NCBI GenBank assembly: GCA_013115145.1
Contig: JAAPAO010000184.1
Location: 1-56,854 of the forward strand
Source of the DNA: Perkinsus chesapeaki ATCC PRA-425
Taxonomy: Eukaryota; Protista; Perkinsozoa
Reading direction: 5' to 3'
DNA: 56,854 bases
A program made the position numbers and the translations under genes. How positions within the stretch are numbered: the first letter of the stretch is position 1; each line of letters opens with the position of its first letter. Positions 12,611-25,100 of this stretch are shown here, in pieces. A model generated the notes under the pieces. That model was given only the letters and a program-made list of their open reading frames with translations, did no database searches and was not told where the DNA came from.

Positions 12611-13885
12611 TTACTCGGCTGGAAGAAGCAAGCACACTGCCGTACGTTCTTCATCAGCTATCTCATCCAGATTTGCCAGAGTTTGCCGAATCTCATCTCG
12701 TAGTACGTAAATATTAGGCTGAGTTATAAAACGTACAGCTTTACATGTACATTTGGGGAATATGTCACGAAGCTCCATAACGGCAGTTCGCTCGGCGAAA
12801 CCATCCCCAATGGATACAATGCCTAACAACACGATTTAGTCAAAGAATCACGCTAATTTAGTGAGCATCACAGTCGAAATCAGTATTATACGCACACGCC
12901 ATCTCCTGAAACTTAACCGTCTTCCACGAACTTGCCATGCACGTAGCTGCCTGGGCTGAAAGCTGACCAACGCGTAGGCAGTAGTATAGCGGACATGTTA
13001 CATTATCAGGCAGCTGCGGTCTGGCTGACACACATGGGATGGACTCCAAAACCGGAATAAGGCGAGGAAGGTAATGCTTCGCAGTGAACGGTATCCAATT
13101 CGTGGAAGAGTTGGTCACAATCGCCGTGGAACCTTGGAAACAGCAGAGCTCCGTGAGGGACGGCAATTAACTGAACTCACCTAAATCACAGCACTTCCGG
13201 AGTAGATCAAGAGCATGGTCCTCAATTACAGAAAGATCTCTACGAACTGAACTTGGTAATTTCACAGCTGAAATCGCAACATTCAACACCTGCCGATTAT
13301 TCAAGTCCTTACTTCCACCCTGCCTGGCCACAATTTGCTCCATTTGTGCAATAGAGTTGGTTAGATATTTACAGCTACCTACCAAGAAGCAGAGCAATAG
13401 AGTCGCATAGACCAGTCCTCCAATGACTCACGTAGCCAGGTAGTGGGTAGAATTGTGTCATCCCAATCAATAAAGAACAGAAGTTGACGGCCTCGACCTG
13501 TAATAGATACATCCGAACCACATCACCACTAACAACCTCACCAGCGCTGACATCACCGGCTGATATCCTTGGCGATAGTTGCGGACCTGAAACCACTCAT
13601 TTGCTACCATCACGAGCAATCTGTCCAGACTTGAACTGCTTCGGAATATCGGAGACGCGTTCGCTGAATCATCAACATCGTCCATGTCATCTGAGTCTCT
13701 ACCAATAACCTTTAACCACCACATAGCATCACCGAGTCTTATCGGACACCTACCTTAGGACCGGTAATGTAGGCTTCCGGCAGATAGTCAGACGAAAGAG
13801 GAGCCCAACCAGATCTAGTCGGTCCTTGTTCGGGAGTGGTGGCAGCTGTGTTGCTTGGAGTCTTCTTAATAATCGATGGCTTCAT
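12611..13885 (-). CDS. HAD-superfamily protein (protist DWDDT family), multi-exon
   Basis: Motif I DWDDTILPT, motif II IVTNS...W, SSWK, motif IV VSIGDGFAER, and KAVRFITQP. Confidence 0.75.
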
Positions 13886-14093
13886 AAGGCCGAACATAAG
13901 AGACTGTCTATGAGGAATAAAACTCTAAAAAGCAACTACAACTAATCCCTAATTCCACCTGTAATGTCATAACACCCTGTGTGCTGAAATCCGTTTCAAG
14001 ATGCGCCTGCGAGAAGCGCTCGCCCAGGCATATAGCGCTCGCCCTGGGATTGATGCCGTCGACGGCCCCGCGGTCTCCTTGAACAATGTTCAG

Positions 14094-15202
14094 ATGAAAT
14101 TATTGCGGCTATTAAAATGGATTTTACTACTATTGGCAGCACAGGCTAAACCATTGGGGCGCAGATTACGACGGACGGCCCAGGAAAATGTCTCAAGGGT
14201 AGTAGTGTTGGGGTGTGGAAGAGTGGGGAAACTCATACCGCACTTTGGTCAGCAATTCCTCGGGAACGGGAACTACATCTGCGATCTGAATGGTGATATG
14301 TGCTCCATAGCGGTCCAAGCGGTTGGTATGAAAACTACCGACTCTCTAATAGTGTATGGTTCCGATGGTCTGCCTAAAGCTACGTAATGTTATTATTAAG
14401 GCCTGAGCTGTAATAGGAGTGGCCGTCCTCTTTAGATCGACCAATACTTTACACGTCCCTCGTGGGGTAGGAACATCTGGCGGAACACAGCAATTGGACA
14501 TGCCTGGTGAAGAATGGGTGCTGATGTTGTTACTGTTATCTGACCAGTATTAAAATGGACATGCTCAGGTTTTTACAATTGATGCAACATCCTTGGACCC
14601 GGGCCAATACCACCTTAAAGTCTTCACTAATAAGGAGGAAGTCCCTTTAGGCGTCCTTGCTGTAGCTGATTTAAGTAATAATAGATATACCGTATATCTC
14701 TCGCACTACTAAATTCAGCTTTCGTCGATGCTACTACTACAACAGCCATTCCTGTCATTCCTGCCGTACCCACTGAACCCTCAGTAACATCGCTACACTG
14801 TAATCTATAACCCCCCCATTCAACAGGTTACCACTGCCCTCCTCCCCACCAGCCCAGGCGGCGGAGGCGGTGCTTCTAGTGGCAATAATTCCCTGGCGAT
14901 CTACGTCGGTCTCATCGGTGGTCTTAGTGGGGCACTGCTTGGCATCATTTGCATCCTCATCGCTGGATGCGCTGTAATACCCTCTTATTTGCCCTACCGT
15001 AATGGGACCTTGTCAGTACTGTGGCTGGTCAGCTCGACGGAAGGGATTCAAGGAACTTAAAAATAGTGATGATTTGAACTTTGGTGGAGATGCATCCTCG
15101 AGGTCCAGTGTACTAAGGCGGATTGATGCCGGGGGCTACCACAGAGGGAGAGGGGTGGATATCGAGGATGCGCGGTCAGAGCTAACACTATTGTATGGCT
15201 AG
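14094..15202 (+). CDS. Putative type I membrane protein, multi-exon
   Basis: Signal-like MKLLRLLKWILLLLAAQA, a Thr/Pro-rich stalk, TM segment LAIYVGLIGGLSGALLGIICILIAG and a basic cytosolic tail. Confidence 0.5.
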
Positions 15203-15255
15203 CATGTCACATATTAGTAGGGCAGAATCGGTATCAGGTCTCTCGATCCTATCAG

Positions 15256-15630
15256 TCACCTTGCTGGGGCCAATAGTATTTTCCGGCGAGAAGCAATGGT
15301 AATACCGTAATTCTCATCGTGGAATTGATTCTGTAGGGTGGTGGTGGTGAGCCAATAGCACCGGCGCCGTCTGTCAACGATGGCAGCGTTCTTGGTAGCA
15401 TCACAAGGAACTGTACGTACTTGTCGTATGCTCGTCGTAGTGTTGTATCCGTGACTCTTATCAGCGAGCGCTATCTCTCTTGCACAATCGACCCAGTGTT
15501 CAACTGCGGCCCTGAGGCTCGATAACGGTGACGTCGGTGCTCTTCGTGCAGCAGCGCACCAAGCCTTAGCAAATTTGGTATAACGTTGTTGTCCTCCTGT
15601 TTTATTCGGTAACTTGTTTTTTTCAGGCAC
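15256..15630 (-). CDS. Hypothetical coding segment
   Basis: 124-codon open frame with protein-like composition; no domain recognised. Confidence 0.2.
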   Translation of the reverse strand: MPEKNKLPNKTGGQQRYTKFAKAWCAAARRAPTSPLSSLRAAVEHWVDCAREIALADKSHGYNTTTSIRQVRTVPCDATKNAAIVDRRRRCYWLTTTTLQNQFHDENYGITIASRRKILLAPAR

Positions 15631-17159
15631 AAAGCCCAGTAGGGGCTTCGCCCTCTATAAGCCTAAATGGACGTGCCGCTGCTGCGTACGGCCTTAATGC
15701 CCCTCGAACAGCAGCTTCCTCCTCGTCTGCATTTGAGGGTGCTGGTGGCAATTCATTTCAACTCCCTATCGTATCCCGGGAACCCAGCAGCTGCTTGAGA
15801 GGGTCCTCCCCAGCAGCTCTGTCATCCGGGCATTCACCATTGATCTCAACGGCAGTGCCAGCAGGCTCTGGAGTGGTGTCTCATAACCCTTTTGATGGCT
15901 AACGGTGATCCTCCGTGGCACCCGCTTGAGTTTATCGACGTACAGGATATTATTTTTGATATCCCCCCTGCAAAGGGATTTAATATAATCGGTACCTGAC
16001 GACGACAGTATCGGCTCTATTCTTGAACTGTATGATAATAGTCATTTATTACCACTAGTCCTAACAAGGCATGGTAGAACACATGACATTGCTGCTTCAG
16101 ACCGTTTCCCGACTAATACCTAGGAGGCTCTCGTCGGGTGTTAGATGATGCTTTGCTGCTACTGCTACTGTTGGTGGTTAGCCGCTTGTCGTTGCCGGCG
16201 GTGCGGATATATTTTTATTTCACATTGTCACATTTATTAGATTATCTTTGGTGATCATATTAGTTATCATTTGAGAGGCCGTAGTCCCCTCCCCCACCCA
16301 CCTTCTCATTATCACCTCATTAAAATGTTACGGTCAGTTCTGGTCGTCGTCTTCTTCTTACTCATCAACTACCATCGCTTATGCCTAGTTATCAACAAGA
16401 TACGGGTTAATGTGAAGCCTTTTCATCTTTACTAGTATGCGGCAACATTATGATGATGCTGATCCTCGGCGATTTTGCACTGAAGTAGTTACTATCACAA
16501 CTTGTTAACAACTAAAGCCACCGCCCTAGTATCATTCTACCAGTTGAGATGAGAGTATTCTTCGTTGATGATTATCGTATATGCTTCTTCTACCCCCGCC
16601 TCGCTCTCATAGCGTCGTCGGTGGCGGCGGTCAGTCGTGGTGATGGTGCAGTCCCAGTCAATATACTATTATTGTTGCGTAATAGTTGTCCAACAACAAC
16701 AACAACTTTTGAAGATGATATAGCTTCATACAGGCGATACAGTGCTGCTATTCGGGTATGCAATAGGAGTATCTTAGCTCGATGCATGCTTCAGTTCCAC
16801 CTTCTGACACTGATTGCCCCCGTGCCCAACGTGTTGTTGTTATTGCCATCCTGGTGGTAGAGATTATTAATGTCACATTAGTCTCGTCGTGACCATTCCC
16901 GTACATGCCTCTCTCCACGACAGCCAACTATCATCCACCCCTCAAGGTTTCGTTTTTCTCCGACATTGTTGAGTTTAGTAGTTCTTTTTGTGTCGTTGTG
17001 TCCGCTGTCCCCTTTTCGTGCAGCCTCCCACGACCAGAGCGAGTATCTCTTGAGCGCCTGCTCGGCTTCACAAGACAAATCCTTTCATCAGTTTCTATCT
17101 ATTTCTCCGCGAGTGCATTTTTGCCGAAGGCGGCTTACTGACCTAAAAAGTATCCAAAG

Positions 17160-18486
17160 ATGAGTGGAATCCCCGCGCCAATGCCAGTCGACTTGTCCGA
17201 TATGGACAAAGTTCGGAAAGATAGTACCGATGACAGTAGCGGCTCCGAAAGCCAGAAGGTCATTCCTAAGGTGAGCTATTGTGGGAGGCAAAGAGATTGG
17301 ACTTCCTCAGGAGTGCGCAAATTGTGGAAAGATTCCCGAGAGTCCTTTGCGGTGCGGCGTGTGTAAGAAGGTGGTCTACTGCGACCGTAACTGCCAGAAG
17401 GAGGACTGGCGGTTCCACAAGAGGATTTGCAAGAAACCCCAACCCAAGAAGGACCCCTCGGTAGCAGCAGCTGAGAAAAAGGCAGCTCAGGAAAGAGCTA
17501 CAAAGGCCGCTAAAAGTACGCCATCACCGAGTTACCACTACAACTGAACTTCGCCTTAGCCGTGGAACCGTTCCGGTCAAAGAAGGACGATGATGTCGTC
17601 GTCGAGGAGGAGAAGTTGGACTGGTAGGGTCACCGAGGGGCGCCGTCGATGCTTAGTCCATAGCAGGTACCGCCATCGGGAATGGAAGCCAGAACATAAG
17701 CAAGAATTCAAACCACATGAAATTGAAAATGCGCAGCAAAACGCAGCTGCTCCGGTGAAGATTGAGAGCACAGAGTCTGAGGGACATGCGGGCAAGAGCG
17801 TCTGGAACACCGCAAACACGTAAGAGGGCCAGAGTGATTGGTGATGTTTAGTGAGTCTCAGGTACGAGGAGCGGAATACGACGGAGTGGGCAAATGACTG
17901 GCTGAAGACCAATCTTCCAGGTTCGGTTATTATAGCTTGCATTGATGAGTGTTCTCGTTGCAGGCTCCTCATTTGATGGCCCAGAGGACTTGAATTTGAT
18001 AATTGATTCCATCGACAACCTTGAAGGAGACGCTGCTATACCAATCGTCAGAGGTCAGGCAGTATGCAATGCGTTTATCTTTACTCTTTATCATCCACTG
18101 ATGACAACTCTTGCTTTTGCTATTATTTTAACCACTACGGTATGCTTTAATATGTCCTTCCTTCCTTCCTCGGTTAGGTACAGCTCGATACGTCTACGAT
18201 TACAAGTTCAAGCTCAGCACTGATGTCAACTTCAGAGGTTGGTGATCTTGTTCAGATCTATGTGTTACCCGCTGCCTTCGATTTAGGATCTGATCTGAAG
18301 GCAGACATCACTGTAGATGACTTCGCTAACGATATGGAGCCTTACACTTACCACGTGAATGTCAAGGAGGCTAGTGGCGTCAACAGAGAGACTATTAACA
18401 CCGCGAGGAGTATCATAATAAAGTCGATCATACCGCAGATAAATAAAAAGTTGGATGAATTCGTGGCGGAGTATCATAAGCTTTAA
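17160..18486 (+). CDS. MYND zinc finger + Aha1 N-terminal (Hsp90 activator-like) domain protein, multi-exon
   Basis: CANCGK...CGVCKKVVYCDRNCQKEDWRFHKRIC (MYND); SVWNTANT|YEERNTTEWANDWLK and C-terminal LDEFVAEY (Aha1_N-like); first intron 17271-17310 is in phase. Confidence 0.75.
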
Positions 18487-20462
18487 GATGTTGTCGATGT
18501 GTAGCTTGGTTGTATATACTTGTTTTTACATGACGGCTACTACTTGGAGATCTGATAGGTTACTGCTGCTACTACTACTGTGATACATATACCGCAATAA
18601 ATACACCCTGTCTCGACTTTCAAATGCATTACGTGCTTGCGTTGCTGGGATAGTGTTAATTCGGTCTTCGGTGCACGGGCGATATAAAGGAGAAAAACGA
18701 TATCATATTGTCAATGTGTCGACGAAGTTCACGATGGGCCGCGGTGGAGTGTGGTGGTTTCACTTAACAGTATGATACCGGACTTGAATGCCTACGAGTC
18801 CATTTCGTTCTATAAATTGCAGTGCTTGAATGGGAAAAGGCAACCAATGAACCTCTCAATGTTGCTCGATATAATAGCAGAAGTAGCAAAACCATAGAAA
18901 CGCTTGTGGTAGGACTGGAGCTTCAGCATTGCAGCGAACATTCAAGCATCGAGGAGCGCCGATAAGCGGAATTGATACTGGAATCAGTACGACGATGTGT
19001 GCCAGTTTATTGACGCGCGAAAGCTTCCAATGGAACGCTTGGCTGATGAGCTCACAGACTTCGTCGGGGTATTGGTGGAATCCAAGAAACGAATTTTGCA
19101 GTTGGTAAGACAGCCTCAATCTAGCTGGCCATGAACCTTACAGGAAACTGAGATGGGGCAAATGAAGGAAACATTTCAACACGAAGAGTCAGCTAACACA
19201 GCGTTAATAGATCGAATGTATGCCTCGATAAGACCGTAACGGCAACCAGGCCCTCAAGATACCAACTGGCACTGCGAAACGTCCAACGGAGCCGCGACCT
19301 CTTTGTGCTACTCGATGAGGAGGTACAACGCTCCACAGGAAGCTCAAAGGCCTACCGATCCTGTGAAGAGGCTCTTGAGCATTGCAAGATGTGCCACTGC
19401 TACAGTGACGAATGGTTACTCTCATATACGCGTGCGGTTCGGATGGCAGAGCAGCTGAGAATGAGTGGAGCATCGGGTACGGTTTTCATCGTGGAGGTAG
19501 AAAGCCTTCCATTAGGCGGATGTGATGGAGCCGTTGACGGGCTTGAATTCCAGATTAGTAGAGAAATGAAGCGGTTCGAAGTAAGCTATTGCGGCGCACT
19601 TGCGGAGGGAGTGGTGCGAGTTAGAACTTCTCATATTGTCATATTTTGTGACACTCTTTTAAGTACTCCTGGAACTTCCACTTCACCAGTCATGTTTGCA
19701 GAATTGGTAATCCACGGTTTAACGGTTTATAGTGCATTTCGTGCCCCCGCCACTTGACGTCAGACACATCGCCCCGTTATTTTGCATGCGTACCCTCGCC
19801 TTGTTCAGAATGAGGCCAAGTCAGCCAGCATCAGGGGCTCTATCCCAGGCCAGCCACTCAGCCCTCATGCTGGTGAGACGTACTCCAATACGGAATAGAG
19901 TGTTATCGCGTTCTAGATGAACAGTATCACTAACTGAGTTAGTGAGCCTGACTAGAGTTGGTCTAACTCTGTCGGGATAATTCCAGTGAACCGAAATTGA
20001 CATCTGCTCAGAGTCTTTGGGGAACGAACTGAGGTTGGATGGCAGTGAAATTCATTCTGTGAACAGCCTCCTGCGTATGACGGCCCTCTGAATCGTGCTG
20101 GAGTTTCCTATGTTTGTTGTTTGTAGTCTCGTCTCCTATCCATGTTCGGACTGGCGGGGGATATGTTAGCCTTGACGAGATGATCGCCGAGAAGGAGAAG
20201 GCTTATCTCAGAACTAGAGGGCGTGCCAGTTCTCCCTGAAACACTTGTTTGCCAATCCAAACTCCAGGTGCGTGATGCAAACTCGCTACCTTTCTGGATA
20301 GCTCCGCTATGGTGTTGAAAATAATTAGCAGCGATGTTGCGCATAGCGTCGATACCTTATGCAACATCCCATTGAAAATGCTTCAATATCATCGACATCA
20401 GTGTAGTCTTCACGACCTAGTAGCACTGGGCGCCGTCAATAGTCCAAGAAGTCGTAGGAGGT

Positions 20463-20547
20463 TTCTCGCTCCGGTGTCCTGGACTGTCCAGGACACCGGA
20501 GCGAGAACTGAGACAAGTTTCGGAAACTGGACACCGTGTCCAGTTTC
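20463..20547. repeat. Two adjacent perfect palindromes (22-bp and 12-bp arms, 1-nt spacers)
   Basis: ttctcgctccggtgtcctggac-t-gtccaggacaccggagcgagaa (20463-20507) and gaaactggacac-c-gtgtccagtttc (20523-20547). Confidence 0.95.
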
Positions 20548-20969
20548 GCACAACTCTCCGATACCCTGCTATGGTTGCGTATGTTGATGCGTGATGAATT
20601 GTGAACGTCGGTCAGTTACAATAGACAAAGGGCTATTGGCTCCGCGTAAAATGATAGTGGCAATCTTGGCTGTATGACCACTCATTACATGATTTATGTA
20701 CTTGATTAGAATAACTCAACACTATAAAGCTGAACTGTGTGTCGATACGGACAGGTATATGCTGGACTATATTGCCACTTTCGTATAATCTCACAGAGCA
20801 CATTACTTCTGAGATTAGCTAAATGCCAAAATTCTAGATTTTACTGATTTCCACTTGATTCAAGATAGCAAGACTAAGACCAAGACTAAGACCTTAAATG
20901 ATCAGGATACCAAAGGACTGGCTTGTTGGAGAGGGTCTCTCTGATGAGGACAAGTTGGAGGATTCTCCG

Positions 20970-21203
20970 TCACTGTGGACAGCAGGCAACATAATTAAAG
21001 GGTGATCTGCAGTATCCAGTGTTGAAATCGCAGCTGCTACCGTATAACCAACCCAACCAGCACTTATTTACGTCGCACCCGTTAACATGACTGTGAAGCG
21101 CTCTACCCTCAGCGTTAATATCGCTGTCAGGGAAGAAGCTTTCACGGAGATGCTGGGCACCGGTGATAACGATGAAGAGGTACTTGATGATGAACGTAAG
21201 CAT
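20970..21203 (-). CDS. Secreted 6-Cys prepropeptide (defensin/toxin-like), 77 aa
   Basis: ATG; signal-like MLTFIIKYLFIVITGA; pro-region ending in ..EGR; mature C-x4-C-x9-C-x6-C-x8-CC. Confidence 0.6.
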   Translation of the reverse strand: MLTFIIKYLFIVITGAQHLRESFFPDSDINAEGRALHSHVNGCDVNKCWLGWLYGSSCDFNTGYCRSPFNYVACCPQ

Positions 21204-21565
21204 TCACAGTGTTTGTCAACTCGACACTTATACCCGAGTGGGGAAAAACTGCTTACAATTTCTTAGTTGGTCTGAAGCTTTTCTAAGCAATAATCGATCA
21301 TGGCGCCTATCGCCTGCGTGCGGACCAACTCCCACGCATGAACATGCTACCTTTCTGTCGACAATAGAGAGACAGAATAACCCAGTCTACAAGGGCTCGA
21401 ATCAATAAAAATAGATGAATACCACCGCAAGTGTGACAGTAGCCCTACTGGCGCCACTGCGTCATCATAGCAAAGAAATAATAACGAGAAATGACCACAT
21501 AATCATCCCTGAGTGGCCTTTGTGCGGAGGGCGCCTTTCGGCGCCGCCGTAGGGTATTGATGGTG

Positions 21566-21961
21566 TGTGAAGTATCGGGGGTAGCCGGAATAGAACTGTA
21601 AAAGGGCTAGGTTGTCAAAGGGGTGGTTCTCGATGTGCAAGAGTCCTAGTCGGCGTCTGATCCCAATACTTGGGGAACTCAAAGTCTGCTGGTGTAGAAA
21701 GGTCGATCGAACGGGCAATATAACCAACGAAGGAGGGAATCCCACGATGGTAATCGAATCAAAGAAAGAACCTTGAGCCAAGATGGCTACAGTATCACAA
21801 TCTCAATGACTCACAATCGCAGATCAATCGTTCAATTAGTAATACTAAGCTTCAACCCCCCCAAAAAAATGAAACGGCTGGCACGCATACCCATCACTGC
21901 GCGCGCGTCTCTCATCAACAAACTAATACAGATAAGCCTCTCCAAACGGCGGTTCTTCACA
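21566..21961 (-). repeat. 3' LTR (396 bp)
   Basis: No mismatch with 28181-28576 found on by-eye comparison. Confidence 0.97.
21772..21793 (-). other. Spliced-leader-like 22-mer plus GT donor in the 3' LTR
   Basis: Minus strand reads ACTGTAGCCATCTTGGCTCAAG|GT; the Perkinsus SL is ACCGTAGCCATCTTGGCTCAAG (21/22). Confidence 0.9.
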
Positions 21962-22137
21962 CCATAGAACCCATTATTCCGTAAGGATAATGCTTAGGGG
22001 TTTTCACTTCAATTCATCTAGCATAATCATAACTACCATATCATAATAACAGGGATATCATCATACGAATAAAGTCACAATAATTAGGCATGCTCATACG
22101 GATTACTTAATAACTACGATTACAATTACGTAGATAC

Positions 22138-25100
22138 TTATAGGCGCAATATCTCTCTCAATACTCTCTCGTCTTCATCAATACCATCAAAAATGTCATC
22201 AAAATACATATGGTCTTCGTCAGGATTAACAAGTTCTTCTTCATCATCACCTTCTTCAGGAAGTAGATAACCATAGGAGTCAATTACCTTCTGGGGATCT
22301 TCATAGCGCTTCAGGTTAAAGATAGATTCAAGATACTTAAGAGGTGTTCCATCCATCTTGCTGAGCTTGTAGACGGTGCCAGAACTGTTTACCTTCATCA
22401 CCTTGTACGGGCCAATCCATACTCCTTGCTGCTTGAGGTTACCGTGCTTGTAGCGTAACACCATATCACCAATCTTGAAGGACACGGTCGGGCCACGCTT
22501 TAGAGGGGCTTTTGCCATCCGATTACGGATCCTATCACTCCTCTCCAGCCAATAGTCAAAGTAGTCAACCATACTCTCGCACCTTCTAGAACTGACGTCT
22601 TGGCATATTTCAGTCAAGTCATCCAACAGTTTGTCCTTCTCTAACTCCATTAAACCAGGCAACCATTCGGATAACCGGCGACGTCCTTCTTGATCTTCGG
22701 AGGTGCATCCTAGTCCAGTTGGGTACCGGGGTTTCCTGCAAAAAAATAATTCATGAGGAGTAAGGCCTCCCATCTCTTGCAAGGGCAGTCGATTCATCAC
22801 CGATACCGAACTAGCTACCACTTCTTCAATAGTTACCTCTTGCTCCTTGGTCTCAGCGTCCATCAATCTCGATCGGATCTGTCGCAGCAAAATACCATGG
22901 AATCTCTCAAACAGTCCACCATAGTGTTGACAGTCACGAGGAAGAGTGGCGTAGGCGATGTTGTTGTTGTCCAGAAACCTTAGATAGTGGCTCGAATGGA
23001 AGGTAGACCCTGGATCAAAAATGACGGCGAATGGAGGACCCATGAGCGCAAATAACTTCTGCGTGGCGGCCTCCACCACTTCAGTACGGGTAGATAACAT
23101 CACTTCATAGATAGTTTGATAAGAACTTGGACACATCAGAGTTAGGACCCACTTCTTCCGACCATGGGTAGCATTAGACGAGGTCTCGAGAAAGGGGCCG
23201 GCGAAGTCCATACACCACACCTGGCCCGCATCGAACACAAGTCCACTGGGCCTCACCACTCCAAACGCTCGTCGTACACATCCTCGACGCTTTGTCCTCT
23301 GGCATGTTGAACAGGTATTCTCAATTTGGCGTACTAGGCGGCGAAGTTGAGGGGTATAATAATGCTGGGAGTAGACCGAGATGATCTTGCTTGGATCCGG
23401 GTGTCCCCAGGAGTCATGTAACTCCCAGATGAGCTTGATCACATCGTTCGACATTGGGACAACCGGAACTTGATGGCTACGCCGCTTCTCATTAACCACC
23501 GAAGTCACACCATGATAGTAGAGGATCTCACCCTCCATATGATATAGCCTTAACGATGCTGGTCGGTCAGCTTCAGGTGTGGTGTTGATGGTAGCAATCT
23601 TAGCGACGGTCTTGTGGTCAGCACTCTGCAACTCTAATATCTTCTCCACAGGGAAGTGGTCTTCTAAGTTGAGGGCCATGATGTCATCAACGTCGCCCGA
23701 AGCTCCAATGTTGGTACTTTCATCATCAGAGGCGTTGTTCTCACCGGGGGTCTCAAAGGAGAAGTCGTTCCGGATGGCTAGGTCAACTTCATCTTTCAGC
23801 TGCTCTAGGTCAATGGTGGGTGGTAGAGCTCCAGAATCAAGAGGCCTAGTGGCGATATCTGCCGGGTTAACAGCACCGGGTAGATGGAGTACTTTCACAG
23901 GGCGGCCTCCTTGCTGGGCAATTTCTCGTAGGGACTTCAGGGAGCCTCTCAGTTGCCGGTACTCGAGGGCCGAGATGGCTTTGATCTTCTTGTTCTTGTT
24001 AAGTCTTCTTAGTCTGTAGATAATCAGTTCGGAGTCTACAAATACCTTAAGGGTGATCTTGCGGTCGGCGTTGTCATGCTCCTTGATCATCTTCACGTAG
24101 TCAGCTACCATGCCTAATCCAGTGCAGTATGATAGGCTCTCCTTTTTAGGGATGGTCCAGCAGGCCTCCACCTTAGTCCACAGGTGGGTACTTCCTCGGA
24201 CTCTAGTGTAGTCACCATCATACAGGAGCTGGCAGCTTGCTTCTCCGGAGGCGTCGGTGAACAGATACAGTATTTCAGGTCGGGTCGTTCTGGGGTTCGC
24301 AGTCCTCTCTGGAGTAACCTCAATAAGAGCACGAGCAAGGCGGATTAAATTGGTGGCTACCTTCGGGTCGATGGCCATATCCCAGTCAGTAGAGGTCTCG
24401 AAGGCACGTCTAGCCAATAATCGCAAGCAGGACACCAGTTCCACTCCCAATCCGAGAGGGTCATAAAAGGCCATTACCAAGCCGAAAGCTGCCTTACGAC
24501 TCATGTTCTCAGCGGTCAGGTCTAGTGGTTCAGCCTTCGGAATGTACTTGACGGACAGCTTGTCGCGTCTCCAAAGGTATCCCAAGTAGGTAGTATCAGG
24601 ACGTTCCCAGGAACGATACTTCTTAATCTTGTTAGAGGGGAATCCATGACCTTCTAAGGCTTCATCAATCTCTTCAGAGGTAGCTTCCGCTTCCAATGAA
24701 TTCTTGCCCTTCGCCAAGGAGTCGTCCACATATACTGCCACCCTGTCGATCAGTCTAGTAGTAAGGGTAGTACTCTCAGGACCAGGGGGTGATGGAGCAG
24801 TGTTCTTGTCCAAGTCGGGGACCTCATCAGGGTTGGGGCTCGCAGTTGAGAGGGAGGTAGTCAACGAGCTCAGTGGATCGCTGATCTCGACGTCGATGTT
24901 ACTCTCTTGCTTCTTAGATCTCTGTTCACAGTAGTATAAGTAGGCATCCAACAGCTGACCTACCACCGGGTCTAGCCGCTTGGCCTCCTCGGGGTCGATC
25001 CTCCCTTTTCGGACGTCATACATGATCAGTGCAGCTCGGACGGCTTGGGTCAATCCACTAGGGGCAAAGTTGGCACCAAATATCATAGCCATCCACTGGT

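Noticed and set aside
18600-20400. Scattered ORFs (e.g. 19305-19757) suggesting a decayed DNA transposon
   Set aside because: No diagnostic catalytic motif could be read
20870-20893. (AAGACY)4 micro-repeat
   Set aside because: Simple slippage repeat; no spacers, not CRISPR-like
21503-21967. ORFs inside the LTRs (MAQGSFF.., MSQDGYS..; duplicated at 28118-28606)
   Set aside because: Short ORFs duplicated only because the LTR is duplicated; no domain, and they run into different flanks
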